A DNA stretch of 62,900 bases, counting the filler, from Bonamia ostreae (Eukaryota): NCBI GenBank assembly GCA_040357525.1. It is 49 parts of 49 records of this genome, joined end to end, with 100 filler letters (N's around TTAATTAATTAA, not from the genome) between each part and the next. Parts side by side here need not be neighbours in the genome. Positions count along the whole stretch, not along the records: positions 24,536 to 25,722 come from JBDODL010002412.1; positions 25,823 to 27,009 come from JBDODL010002413.1; positions 27,110 to 28,296 come from JBDODL010002414.1; positions 28,397 to 29,583 come from JBDODL010002415.1; positions 29,684 to 30,869 come from JBDODL010002416.1; positions 30,970 to 32,154 come from JBDODL010002417.1; positions 32,255 to 33,439 come from JBDODL010002418.1; positions 33,540 to 34,724 come from JBDODL010002419.1; 41 more parts are not named here. One strand, written 5' to 3'. The stretch's first letter is position 1. Every line of letters begins with the position of its first letter. The notes beneath the pieces are model-generated. The model made no database searches. It was given only the letters and a program-made list of their open reading frames with translations, and was not told where the DNA came from. Made by a program: the position numbers and the translations under genes. Shown piece by piece: positions 24,649 through 37,293 of this stretch.

Positions 24649-25701
24649 TTTTTCGTCCATTATCGCTGCCAAAGGGGTCCCAACGAGCAGTTTCCCCGCT
24701 TCCACCTTGCAGCCCAATATGATCGGGTTATGTTTCATGAGCACAAATTCGGGAATGATCGACATAATGACCGGGAAAACCGGCTTCCCTTCCTTCTTCG
24801 TCTTTTGCTTCAAATCTGCAATGTAATCAAGAAAAAAGTCCTTCAAATTGTAAATGATCTCCCCTTTGAAAATTTTCACTCCGACTTCTTCCGCGAACTG
24901 CTCGATTTCCCGGTCAACTCTCACGTTGAACGCCAAAATGCAGGCGTACTCCGGTTTCTTCTCCAACATCACGCTCGCCGCCAAGACGTCTTTTTTGCGC
25001 ACCGGGCCCACGGCGATATTGCAAACTGGTATTTTCTCACTTTTGAGGTACTCCAGAAAAGCTTCCAGCGCTCCCAACGTGGAAGATTGCAAGCTGACGC
25101 CCTTCCCAGCCGCGTCAACTTTGCCGAGGATGCCGCTCACGTCGGCGATCGCTTTTTGTTTCAAGCTCTCGATGTCGTCGTTTTCGCCGCAGACGCGAAG
25201 CCGCGACCCCGCGACGGCGTTTTCGAGCCCTTGCGCGCATATTTTTACGCCCGCGGCGGCGAAGGCTTCGCCGATGGACTTGAACTCGCCTTTGAAGCGG
25301 ATTTCCTTCAAAGGAGCGGGTTCGTAGAGCGCTCGGATCGTGGTGTCGATCGGGCCGCAGAGTCCGCTGAGGACGATTCGGTCGTTGAGTTTGAGACTTC
25401 CGTCTGAAAGAATGACGTCGATCGTGTGGCCGAGGCCCTCGTCTTGGCGGACCTCCAAAACAGAGCATTCGACTTTCCCGCTCAGCTGGAGCCGAGAAGC
25501 CATTCTGGTCTGCGTGAGTTTGACGAGTAAGCTCAGCAAATCGGGGATGCCTTCGCCGGTCATGGCGGAGGTCGGTACAATGGACAAAACTTTGCGGGTG
25601 GCTTTGTTTTCGCTGTACAGACAGCAATTAATCCCTTCGGCGCTTATTTGCGCGATGGTCGTATTCAACCGACTTTTGAATTCGTTTTGTTGTTTTTTGC
25701 C
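24649..25701 (-). CDS. EIF5B: Eukaryotic translation initiation factor 5B, large internal exon (protist-type contig)
   Basis: IVPTSAMTGEGIPDLL, CSVLEVRQDEGLGHTIDVILSDG, VSLQSSTLGALEAFLEYL, ILAFNVRV, GVKIFKGEIIYNL, HNPIILGCKVEAG; AG acceptor at 25702, GTT donor at 24648. Confidence 0.97.
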
Positions 25702-27109
25702 CTTTTAGCGGTTGCGATTTATNNNNNNNNNNNNNNNNNNNNNNNNNNNNNNNNNNNNNNNNNNNNTTAATTAATTAANNNNNNNNNNNNNNNNNNNNNN
25801 NNNNNNNNNNNNNNNNNNNNNNAAAAAAAAAAGCAATGTGCAATGTGCTCTAAAATATCTCTTATTCTTATATCTACAGGTGAAATGAAAGACATAATTT
25901 ATTTACATCTATGAATAACTTCTGCATTTATCCGGAAGTAGATCTTATTTTAGCTCAGTGGTCAGTGAACAATTTAACATGATCAACGACGGATTTTTTA
26001 TTGCTTCTACATTGGTTCGAAGACATCCCCACCATCCCACATTTCTCAGTTAGTTACAGTTCGTAGTTTTGTCTATTTTATATTTTTCCTTTCCTTGCCA
26101 CAACCATGCAGTAGCTATATGTATCAAAATATGCTTACTTTAAATCAAATCTGGTGATATATTAAATTTTGTATCTGAAATGCCACGAAAAATACTTCTT
26201 AATCACGGAGTATTTAGAAACCAACTCTTGGATCCGCACCGCACTTGATATTTTGAACTAAGAACCCCCCCCCCCCCCTCTCCTTACTTAGTTACTAATT
26301 GAATATAAACACATTTCGGGCCTAAGAAGGTCATGGACAGGGAATAGAAAGGTATACACACGTGCTCACATACGCACACGCACATTCACATATTTTGCAT
26401 TAAATGCGCATGCGCAATTCCTCGCGGAAGTACAGCACATCAACAGATCTATGTTTAAAGTATACGTTTTAGTATAAATACTAAAATAGGGTCTATATCA
26501 TTGAAATGTACAGATTTTGATAATTTGTTTCATTGAAATTGCTGAAAGAGTCATCATTTGGCTAACTACAACTTCACCAGGCTCTGAAGGTAGGGCTTTA
26601 ATACTGAGCAGAACATGGCTTTTTTTATTTTAGGTTTTGGGATTCCCTTTTTCAAATTTTTGTCGGGAATTTATAGTTAATTTCGNNNNNNNNNNAGTTC
26701 AGCAGCTGTCCATTCGCAAAGCTATAAGTAAGTCTAAGTAAAATTTGTTTAAAATGGAAATGTGTACATTTGCAACTGGCAGGGGTCCACAGAATATTAG
26801 AATTCGCAGAAACACCAGAAAAAATTACCAAAAACACCACAGAAAGTATCCAAAACACCACAGAAAGTATCCAAAACACCGATGTATCCTTAAAATGCAC
26901 CTACAGGATGTTTGATCATATACATGTAATACCAAAGTTTCATTTTGATCATGTTGATGTCTAAGAATTGAAATGATTTATGGAATTTAAAATTTTGATG
27001 ACTAGTATTNNNNNNNNNNNNNNNNNNNNNNNNNNNNNNNNNNNNNNNNNNNNTTAATTAATTAANNNNNNNNNNNNNNNNNNNNNNNNNNNNNNNNNNN
27101 NNNNNNNNN

Positions 27110-28296
27110 TTTGTCCTCATTCCATTCTACAAGCAAGCTCATCTCTATAAGGCCCGCTTATCAACATGGTGGCAGCGGTTATGCAGTAGTAATATCGGTA
27201 ATCGATTTACAGTAAAATAGCAGTGGGAAATAGATTGCTTTGAAGTCAAAGTCCTCCTCACCACGTGCGCCTGTTAACCCGAATTTCTGCGATGTCGAGT
27301 GACGATGAAGCGCCAGTGCCGTTAATTCAGCATCTGAACACTAACTTACGTCTTCCACCTGAATTGAATCTCTTATCAGGCAATGTCTCTGAAAACTTCA
27401 AGACATGGAAACGGCAAGTAGAAATTTATTTACGAGCAAGTGGCACTACACAACTCTCTAAAGAAATACAAACCGCAACACTTATAAACTGTGGTGGTGA
27501 AATCTACTAAAAATATACGACCATTTTTCCTGGACAAACGCAGAGGATAAAGATGAAAAAGTCTTCGAGAAGATTGAAGAATACTGCAACCCCAGAAAGA
27601 ATGAGGTGGCAGAGAGCCACAAGTTTTGGTCGATCAAATACTTTGAACCTTTTTATCAGTTTGTCACAGAACTATGTGTGCGTGCTAAAGCTTGTAACTT
27701 CGGCGACAAAGAGGATCGTATGATCAGGGACAAAATCGTGTTCAGTACTTCAGGTAAAATACAACAACTTTTACTCAGAGATGATGAACTTGACTTGAGA
27801 AAAGCTATCAAAATCTGTCAATCATATGAGCAAGCAAACAAACAAGTACAAGAAATGAAAGATAACAAAGACACTAAGGTACATAAGATAAAGACAAAAC
27901 AACCTAGAGCTACAAAGAATCCTAAACCACCAGCACAACGTTTCAGACCTAGAAAACCTAATGAAAAGCATAAACCATCCATCAAAAGGTGTAAATTCTG
28001 TGGACAGAAACACCCAATGAAAAAGGAGGAATGTCCGGCATGGGGACAAAAGATGTAAACACTGTAATGGCAGAAACCACTTCAAGTCACAATGCAAAAA
28101 GATTAACGTGCTTGATGCTGAAAATGAATACAGCAGTGATTTCGAAGATTCATGGCTAAACACTGTCAACAGTCCAAGTAAGAAAGAGACCGTCACAGCT
28201 CTGATGAAAGTAAACAACTGTGAAGTGCACTTTCAACTTGACAATGGAGCTGATGTGAATACCATAAGTAAGAAGTTTGTTCGCAAAGATCAAGTA
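27110..28296 (+). mobile_element. Degenerate Ty3/Gypsy-type LTR retrotransposon: 5' LTR end, PBS, gag, start of protease
   Basis: LTR end ...AACA at 27166; gag from ATG 27292 (NVSENFKTWK, CNFG..EDRMIRDKIV); CKFCGQKH...CPAWG and CKHCNGRNHFKSQC knuckle; protease-like FQLDNGADVNTI; frameshifts near 27500 and 28050. Confidence 0.92.
27167..27179 (+). promoter_or_regulatory. Primer-binding site, complementary to a tRNA-Leu 3' end
   Basis: TGGTGGCAGCGGT directly after the LTR-terminal CA; complement of ...ACCGCTGCCACCA. Confidence 0.8.
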
Positions 28297-30585
28297 NNNN
28301 NNNNNNNNNNNNNNNNNNNNNNNNNNNNNNNNNNNNNNNNTTAATTAATTAANNNNNNNNNNNNNNNNNNNNNNNNNNNNNNNNNNNNNNNNNNNNTAAA
28401 TGAACAATTTTTTTTTGGGGGGGGGGGGTTGTTTTACTTTTTATTTCATGCTCTTTTGTTTTTGATTGTTTTGCTTTGCTCTTTGTAGAATTATCAAAAT
28501 AATGTTAAAACGAAAGACTGTTGAAAAAGTGGATCCCCATGTGTTATGATATATAGAAATGTATGTATTGCAGGTTAATGATCAAATTGAAAGTATTTAA
28601 AACACCGTACCGATAAAGACCATAGATAACCTGCGAATTCAAGTGGTGTACCTTTATTTGTCTTTGATAATAACTGTACTATACCAAGTTATATACGTAT
28701 AAACAAACTTCCTGAGACAGTTTTCAAATATGTGCCATATACATGTTGTGAATATTCATATAGGGACGATCACAGAATATCTTTTTTCTATGGGTTCAAT
28801 ATTGACGAATGCTGTAGAAAAAGAGGTAATTAAGTTTTGAATTGCAATCAATTAAAAAAAATTCAATTTTGAATTGAAAGATATTATAGGGTTGTATCTT
28901 TTCTTAGTGCTGACAGAGTTGTGTTTAATAAACTGCACCAAAAAGCGAGGAACATAAAATGTTAATTTGTGTTGAGGATCGAAGTAACTGGAGCAGATAT
29001 TCAACCTTGCTTCTCTTTCACTCGATTTTATAAATCATGGAAGATGATAAATGATGTTTACTCGACTATTGTCCTAAACAATTACATCATATTGCCAATG
29101 TATATTTTTGCATTCAAGGATGAAACCGAAAGTAGAAATACATATCTTAATGCAATTTTCATCGAAATGAATTTATCACCCACCTTATTCTTCATTCTGA
29201 ATAATCCTGAAGCATAAAGTATGTGTAGCATCACACGTGAAACGCATTATTGGTTTGTATTAGACACATTCTTTTACTTCTACGTCCGTAACCTAACATA
29301 ATTCTATAGGATGAGTGTTTTCCTTTACTGCCGCGTTGATTGGCTGGTTTAAATGTAAGCGGGCGGTTTACGAGAAAGCTTGATATATCAGTTAGTGTTA
29401 CCCTTTTAAAGTAGCATAAACTATATCGAGTAAATACATATCTTGTAAGTCCAAAATAATGTATGTCATAATTCTTTTCTTAAACTTCGTTAATGAAAAT
29501 GTTACATTCTACAACAGCACACACACTTTACATTTGTAAGTGAGGTATTGCATAAAAATAATTTGTTTTCTTTCATTCATCAANNNNNNNNNNNNNNNNN
29601 NNNNNNNNNNNNNNNNNNNNNNNNNNNTTAATTAATTAANNNNNNNNNNNNNNNNNNNNNNNNNNNNNNNNNNNNNNNNNNNNTGTTAAAATATATCAAT
29701 TATGTACATAAACTAGAAGGTATGTAGTTACTATAATTATATTCTAAAAATTTCCAGGACGTTACTCATAGTATACATAACGTGGGAAAATTCGATGTTT
29801 TCTGGAAAGCGCCTTTTTTTATAATTTCGACACCTAACCTCGTAAAAATAATATGGAGCCCATCCGTCGAGCAAAATAGGAATTGTACATAAGAAATGTT
29901 TCCATGAAAGACGATAGAAAATTACGATTAGAAAATGCTCGAGGAATGAGCTGTCAGTCTATTTTTAAAAATATTGACTACTTCCGGTGGCGGATTCTGA
30001 GTTCTGGAGTGTGTACACCAGCCATTGTGTACTTGTTATTGTTCTCTCAGACTGGTTTTCTTTTGCAAAGCATTGTGTTTCATTTAAGAAGAATGTAAGA
30101 CAGGAAATCTACATTGACCAGGTAAGTTACTTTGAATAATAATCATGAAAAATAGTTATAATAGACCTAAGCTACTGGCTAGGTACCGATTTTACATTAT
30201 GCCTATGACTCAAGTGTTTACGTTTGAGGAATATCTTTATAGATCTAGTAAGCCTAAAACAAAAAACAAATAAAGCGAAACAACATTTTATGGAACTAAA
30301 TAAAATAATAATTAAAATGATTTGATATTTTTAAGATACCATAAAGATTTAAACATGATATTTACAGTTGTCGTCTGCAGACTGACGATTTCCTTGCAGT
30401 GGTTTCTAATGTAAACAAATAACTGCAAGATATCCTTGTTATTGTACCATCGAATTAAAGATAAAGATTTAATAAATGTGTTGTTTAAACTGTTTCGGAA
30501 CGTTGAAAAACCAAATATTTTTGTATTTATAAGGAAGTATAGTTTGAAAGAAAGCATGTATACAAGTTCTGTTCTTAAGAATTAC

Positions 30586-30657
30586 GTCGTCGTAGCGTAG
30601 TGGTATACGGCTTAGATTTGAAATTCGTAGGAAGTAGGTTCGAATCCTGGAGGTGGT
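30586..30657 (+). pseudogene. tRNA-derived sequence (tRNA pseudogene or SINE head)
   Basis: A box TAGCGTAGTGG and B box GGTTCGAATCC at tRNA spacing; acceptor and anticodon stems pair poorly. Confidence 0.6.
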
Positions 30658-33552
30658 TGAACAATTATGCAGTAATATAATGTATTATACATATAAAGTT
30701 AGTGATGGTAAGACTTGTACATTAAATACAACAATATCAATGCACAGAGTACACTATCTATTTTTAAAGAACTATCTGCATATAATTTATTCTATATCAC
30801 ATTCTAATTTTCTTTCAGAATGAATGGCAGTAAAAATCACTCCTACATATGCTCGCTTGAGAGCATTCANNNNNNNNNNNNNNNNNNNNNNNNNNNNNNN
30901 NNNNNNNNNNNNNTTAATTAATTAANNNNNNNNNNNNNNNNNNNNNNNNNNNNNNNNNNNNNNNNNNNNAAATTTGTTTATATCATCTGGCCTTGATATG
31001 AATGTTGTCTGATGAGTTTAATACGAATTGGTTGAGACATTCTTTACATTCTGTTGTGACAACGGATTACTCCGTTTACCCCACCCAATTATAGTATTGA
31101 TGGCCGGTGCGATCGATCAACAGGGAATGATTTCTCCTTCTTAGCAAATGATCTAACATCTAGTGTTTCAGTGATCCTTAAACGTATGACGGTAGTGATA
31201 ATAATCATTCGGCTAGTTGCTCGGCAATAGAATCACTGGTCCTTCAAATATAAGCATTAAAACAGAGACATCGTGATACCGTTTTGATCCATTCAACCCA
31301 TAGATAATTCATTTTAGCGTTATTTTCCTGTAACGTCACTCAATTTCCACGTTGTTTGATGAATAGAACAATGCTGGGGTTCCCTAATTTCATTACTGTA
31401 ACACACCTGGTAAGATTTAGAGAGCAATGCACCTAGTCCAGTAGCTGTTGTGCTGCCTCACAATATCATTACCCACCCTAATCAAACGATTGACTTAAAA
31501 CAACACCGATTAAGACAAATCACTGGTCCATCCCCCAACTGATTGGTCCCGTATAACGCCCATCACTGTTATCATGAGTAATCAAGATTAATCAGTAAGC
31601 TGAAAATTCCCCATTCTTCCATCCTAAAGTGAATATGACGTCTACAATAATGTAATTCTAACACTACAGTGACATAACTTCAAAAGAGCGTGAATATCGT
31701 GTTGACGGAATCCACCCCACACAGTTCTAAGAGTGTTTGGTCATAATTCTGGAATGANNNNNNNNNNGACTTCGCAAATGGATCTGATTGTTTGGCATAG
31801 AAACGTTACTCGGAGAGGTGTCTGGGGTGTTAATGATCTTAGACGTTTCCAAACTGCTGAAACAGGCTTTAAAGACAATGCACAGTGTATCGTTGTACAC
31901 CACACTGCTTTACAACATCAATCTGAGTAGCAATTCTCATTTTCTGACAAGCATGAATTTGCTGTATGGACATTTTCTACTAAGTGAAGTTTTATTTTTG
32001 TAAATTCAATGCAAAATCTTTAACAAGCATTATATGCAAGTTTCAGGGATATCTTTCTTTTCAATTCAAAGTTACAGTCGAAAGTGAGTCAAGACCAAAG
32101 TCCTTGATACCCGTAAAAGAACACGGATACTGGCATCCAACTTAAATATGGGACNNNNNNNNNNNNNNNNNNNNNNNNNNNNNNNNNNNNNNNNNNNNTT
32201 AATTAATTAANNNNNNNNNNNNNNNNNNNNNNNNNNNNNNNNNNNNNNNNNNNNCTTGTTTGTCCAGGTATTTATTTTGTGTTCCTTGTAGGAGTAAGGA
32301 GATTGTTCGTTATCGTCACCTTTGCTTATGATGTTACAAATATACTTCACTTTCAGAAGGGTACAAAAAAAGACATATTCAGGTCCAAAAACTTTATTCT
32401 TCAAGCTATCTGAAATATCTTATATACGACGAGAATGAATATTTAATCAGTTTTGTTGACCCATGAATACCAAAATTGGGACTGGGAATTTTTCCAATGA
32501 TTGACAGAAAATGCTTTTGGGGACTTACAATCGTATTGTTCAGACTATAGTTAGAATCTTGATATCATGTTCTCTGTCTCATTAAGGCGAAAACATATCA
32601 TAAGGAACGGAAGGATAAGGCAATAAATAAGGAAATCAACCCCACAAAAGCACTAATCATTCATTGTCGTAAAATGTCAAATTGTGAAGGTTCTTTATTT
32701 ATGATTGAAAAAATTATTTGATTACACATTCTTTTTCATCTCTTTGAGAACATGTCATAAAAATTTCACCCCTCCCCCAAAATGTAAGCATTTTCATTTG
32801 AGATTAGTTTACATGAAGAAGGGTAGATAAAAAGCATATTGAAATTGGTGTAAGATACAATGAGATAGGATAATAAATAACAATTTCACACCCCAAAACT
32901 ATGCATTTCCAATAGCTATGTAATACATGTGGGGGGAATATACCCATTGAAAATTTTTTATTTGTTCGAGTATCTTTATATCATTTTGTTTGTCTCAATA
33001 AAAACAAGAAAGAATGTGTGATCAGATTTATGTTTTTGTTTTTAAAAGTCAATGAAAATATTTCAAAGAAATTATAGAAATGAATTAAAATGAAAATATT
33101 CAAATTCAGGGTTAATCATCAACATATTTAGTGTTGGGCATCGTTGTAATTGCTTCAATACGCTAAAACGAAAAGTTGTGTTTGAGAAAATAACACCCTC
33201 ATCAAGCTTATTTTGCCTCCGGTCCATTTTCACACATTCTGCAAGGCGATCAATACCTACAACATTTATCAGTACTTCTCACTTCATATACCAACAACTC
33301 TTTCCTGAGCACTCTTCAGGAAATATCAGAACCAGAGTACGTGTCAGCATTTCTCAGTACCAACAGCAATTATCGGTGCCAACAGTAACAATATTAGTAA
33401 CCATCAGAACTTCTCAGTGCCAACAGTACAATAACAATANNNNNNNNNNNNNNNNNNNNNNNNNNNNNNNNNNNNNNNNNNNNTTAATTAATTAANNNNN
33501 NNNNNNNNNNNNNNNNNNNNNNNNNNNNNNNNNNNNNNNAGATAAAATATTT

Positions 33553-34664
33553 TTATACACTAAAACTACTTTCATCCGTTAAAATCTCTGAACTAAAATC
33601 TCTGCAACCTTCTACAAAGACTTTTTCGTAACTTTTCCCCTCGTTTTTGCTCATATCTTCTTTGAAAACTCTGAAACACAAAAAATTATGCCCATTTTTA
33701 TATATTTTTTCTTTTGTGCCATCATAGATATTCGTTACAACATGTTTCTTATTCTCAAAATCTTTTTCAGTAAAAATAACATCTACAAAATTTTTATTTT
33801 CTTCAATCAATAATTTCTTTTTGCCCAAATCTGCAGAAAATAATTCTTCCATGTTTTCAAAATTCTGAAAAATAATTTTTTCGCCCTTCAATATTTTCTG
33901 TACACTCTCCGTCATTGCTTCAATTTCGTTTTTTATCGCTTTCTCATTTTCTTTTCTTTGCGCAAAGTTCATTTTTAGTCCTTCAATTTTTATGTTCATC
34001 GTTTATAAAACAATTACAACCTTTGAAAATTGTATCAGCAATTCTTGTTTGGACTGCTTTGATTTCGTAATTAGCTCTTTGTTTAGCGAGCAAAAGGTAA
34101 TATTTATTTTGTAACATTGAAATGAGAAAAAGTACTGTTTCTTTGGGATAAAGTGCTTTGTAATAAAAATGGTTTCTAATAATTTTGCTGTTTAGAAATT
34201 TATTAAGTTTTTTGGTTGCTTTTTTGCACTTTTTTCTTTTGTCTTTTTCATTAACACAAAAAATCGAATCAGCATTTTCCTCTTTTTCATCTAAATTTAT
34301 CGTTCCCAAAAATTCGATTAGAAAAGACGGATCGAAAAACGTCTTTGTTTGAATTAAAAATTTAAGTTTTTAAAATTTCTAAATACAATAATTTAAAATT
34401 TTCTATTTTTACATCATTCAAATTGTTTTCTTCAAAATGAATAGCATTCGTTTGTTTCATTACACTTAGAAACCATTTAGATATTGTTTCTTTGTTAAAT
34501 CCCCGTTGATGCTCTGTCCTAAATCCCCATGTCTTCATTAAAACAGTAAAAAATTTTAAAATCTCTTTGCTATCTCCTTCAGAAACCTTTCTTTTATCAA
34601 TGATTTCCAAGTTTATTTTTCCTGTTTTCTCCATTTTTTCTGTTATTATTTCTATTTTTCGCAT
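33553..34664 (-). CDS. Hypothetical Lys/Glu-rich protein, three ORFs joinable by GT-AG introns (protist-type contig)
   Basis: ATG 34664; ND|TFFDPSFLIEF and FK-G|LKMNF junctions restore one frame; no domain recognised. Confidence 0.6.
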
Positions 34665-35039
34665 TTTAAATGTGAGATGTTTTACATAAAATTATATCAT
34701 TGTAACATAAGTTGTATCAATAGANNNNNNNNNNNNNNNNNNNNNNNNNNNNNNNNNNNNNNNNNNNNTTAATTAATTAANNNNNNNNNNNNNNNNNNNN
34801 NNNNNNNNNNNNNNNNNNNNNNNNCTTTAAATCGAAAACAAAAAGTAACAAGATATTAAAATTACTTAATATTTTGTACAATATTTAATTTTTGTTTCTT
34901 TAAATACTTAAAAGAATTTTGTACAATATTTAAATTTCCTGGACAGAAGCTAAAAATTGAAAGAAAAAGCTTGCGAATAAATTTCAATGCGAAAAATGAT
35001 TTTATTCGGACATTTGAATCGGGATTCAAAAACAAGATA

Positions 35040-36009
35040 AAATGCAAAAATGTGGAACGGCGAACTATATTATTTGTTACAACTGCAAAGAAGCTTATAA
35101 TTCGTTATCAAGAAAATGTAAATTACTAAAAAGAAACGTGCAATAGATGTAATGGTTAAAAATCATTTAAAAAAGCAAGTTAAATGCGCAGAAAAAATTT
35201 GGATGAGAAAATCAGAGAAAAAATATTTACAAATAATAAAAAGAAGTAAAAAACGCAAGCTGTTGAAGATTTATAAATTATAAATATGCGAACCTTTTTT
35301 GTTCTTTGGTCCTAAGCTCCACTTAAGATGATGTGAATTGAAATCGGTCATTAATTATTGATACACAAATCTTCAATTATCTTTCAAATCTTTACTACTT
35401 TCTATATTCAAAGTAAATGTAAAAAGTTTGGACATTTGTTTAAATAAAGTAAAATGCAGATTTTGTACTAAAGAATGTGAATCTAAAAAATTGTAATAAA
35501 ATTCTCAAATCAAATGTTTTTCACTGTAAAGTCAAAAAGTAGTGAAAACTTTAATGGCATTTATCTCCAAAAATCTCTAAAAACTTAAAATGTATATAGA
35601 AATTAATGGATATAGAAAATAGAAAAATGTTTTAAGTCAAAACTTAGAATGTTTTGGTCAAAAAAGAGCAAAATATTAAAATTAATGGATATAGAGCATT
35701 CAGATCAGATAGAAAACGAAAATTGGGGGTGGTGTCCTTACTCTTGTAAAAAACATTCGAATGCCGTCAATACAACTTTGGAGAAATTTACAAAATTTGG
35801 AAACAATATGTGTACAAATAAAGTCAAATAAAAATTGGACTAATATTCTAAATGTCTACTTTCCTCCCGAAGTATCAACAAACTAAATAGACGAGATAGA
35901 AGAAATAACAAATCACAAAATTAACATTGATATAATCGGTGGAGATTTTAATATATATTTTGCCAAAGATAATAGAAAACACAACCAAAAAGTAAGAGAT
36001 TATTTGAAA
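35040..36009 (+). mobile_element. Degenerate non-LTR (LINE) retrotransposon: ORF1 knuckle remnant and ORF2 APE endonuclease
   Basis: CYNCKEAYNSLSRKC; SIFKVNVKSL; INGYRAFRSDR-(frameshift)-GGGVLTLVK; ILNVYFPP; IIGGDFN, in APE motif order, with stops and frameshifts. Confidence 0.8.
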
Positions 36010-36311
36010 NNNNNNNNNNNNNNNNNNNNNNNNNNNNNNNNNNNNNNNNNNNNTTAATTAATTAANNNNNNNNNNNNNNNNNNNNNNNNNNNNNNNNNNN
36101 NNNNNNNNNTTATTTTTTTGTCGTTTTTCATCAAATTTTATTTTATTTTTGGTCGTTTTTTTATCAAATTTTATTTTTTTTGTCGTTTTTTATCAAATTT
36201 TATTTTTTTTAGTTTATTATATCAAATTTTATTTTCTCGTTTTTTTTAATTTATGTTATTTAATCAAAATTTTATAATTTGTAAATCAAACTTAATAAAT
36301 GTATAAACCAG

Positions 36312-37293
36312 TCAAACAAAAAACCGCTCTGTTCAAATTGCGCCGTAAACACACACACAATACTCGACTGCCTCGAGGACCTAATGGACGAAGAACTCGT
36401 CGTCCAAGCAGCCGAAGCGTCCAAATACGACACCTGCGAAATGTGCGGAGTGCGCGGACACCGACACAATTTTTGCCCGCGCCAACGCAAAACGGCCATT
36501 CCAAACGCCCTCTTGTACGAAGACAACCCGATCTCTGCCCCACCCGCCATTCTGGCCACCTCGAAGCCGAAAATGGCCGGCGCTCCTCCGATCTCTTCGC
36601 CGATCACCAACAACCGAATCGAAAACGGCGATATCGTCGGAAGCAGAAACGGCCATTCCAACTCCCCCGTCCGCACCAGCGGCCTCGGCAACGGCGCAAC
36701 GGCCCAAAAAAAATATTTTGTGGCTGCGCCGAGGCCCGACGGAAAGCCGTTGCGCCAATTCGGAAACGGGTTCGAGGAAATGTATCGCCTCGGAATGTTC
36801 GCGGACAGCAAAACGTCTCCGAAAATGTCGCAAATTCCGATTTTGACGAAACAGCAAAACTTCCCCGTTTTGCGACAAAAAGTTTTGCAGACGGAAGCTG
36901 GCTTCGGCCATTCGATGCCAATAAATTTTGGTGCTTATGGAATGAGAGAAAATGGATTATATCAAAACAATTATGTTTTGGGCGGGCTAAATTTTAGTCG
37001 TCCGCAACAGGAATTGGGGGACAGCAACGGGATGCGGCAAAATTATGTGTTCGGGCATTCGCGTTATCCGTTGAATCGCGGGAATGGCCTAAGAGTGTCG
37101 GAGCGAAATTTTAGTTTGAATCAAAGTTCTGTGGCACGAAACGGGATGTTTTTTGGGGAGAATAGGAATGATTTGGACGCCGTTTCGCAGGAGAGAGGTT
37201 ATTTGGGGGATCGCTATTATTTGGGCGAGAGAGAAAGATCGGGGAATCGGTTTGGGCCAAGGCAGAATAGCGATTTTAAGTTTTGTGATTTTT
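36312..37293 (+). CDS. Double CCHC zinc-knuckle protein with low-complexity G/N/R tail, partial (protist-type contig)
   Basis: After the CAG acceptor at 36311: CSNCAVNTHTILDC and CEMCGVRGHRHNFC (both CX2CX4HX4C), in frame with the 36384 ORF. Confidence 0.75.

Noticed and set aside
24730-25708. Long overlapping ORFs antisense or out of frame to eIF5B (likewise around 36272-36997)
   Set aside because: Shadow ORFs of GC-richer exons with no recognisable motifs.
31005-31040. Hammerhead ribozyme core (CTGATGAG)
   Set aside because: No GAAA or properly paired stems, and the sibling copy at ~53935 reads CTGACGTG, so this is a chance variant of the repeat.
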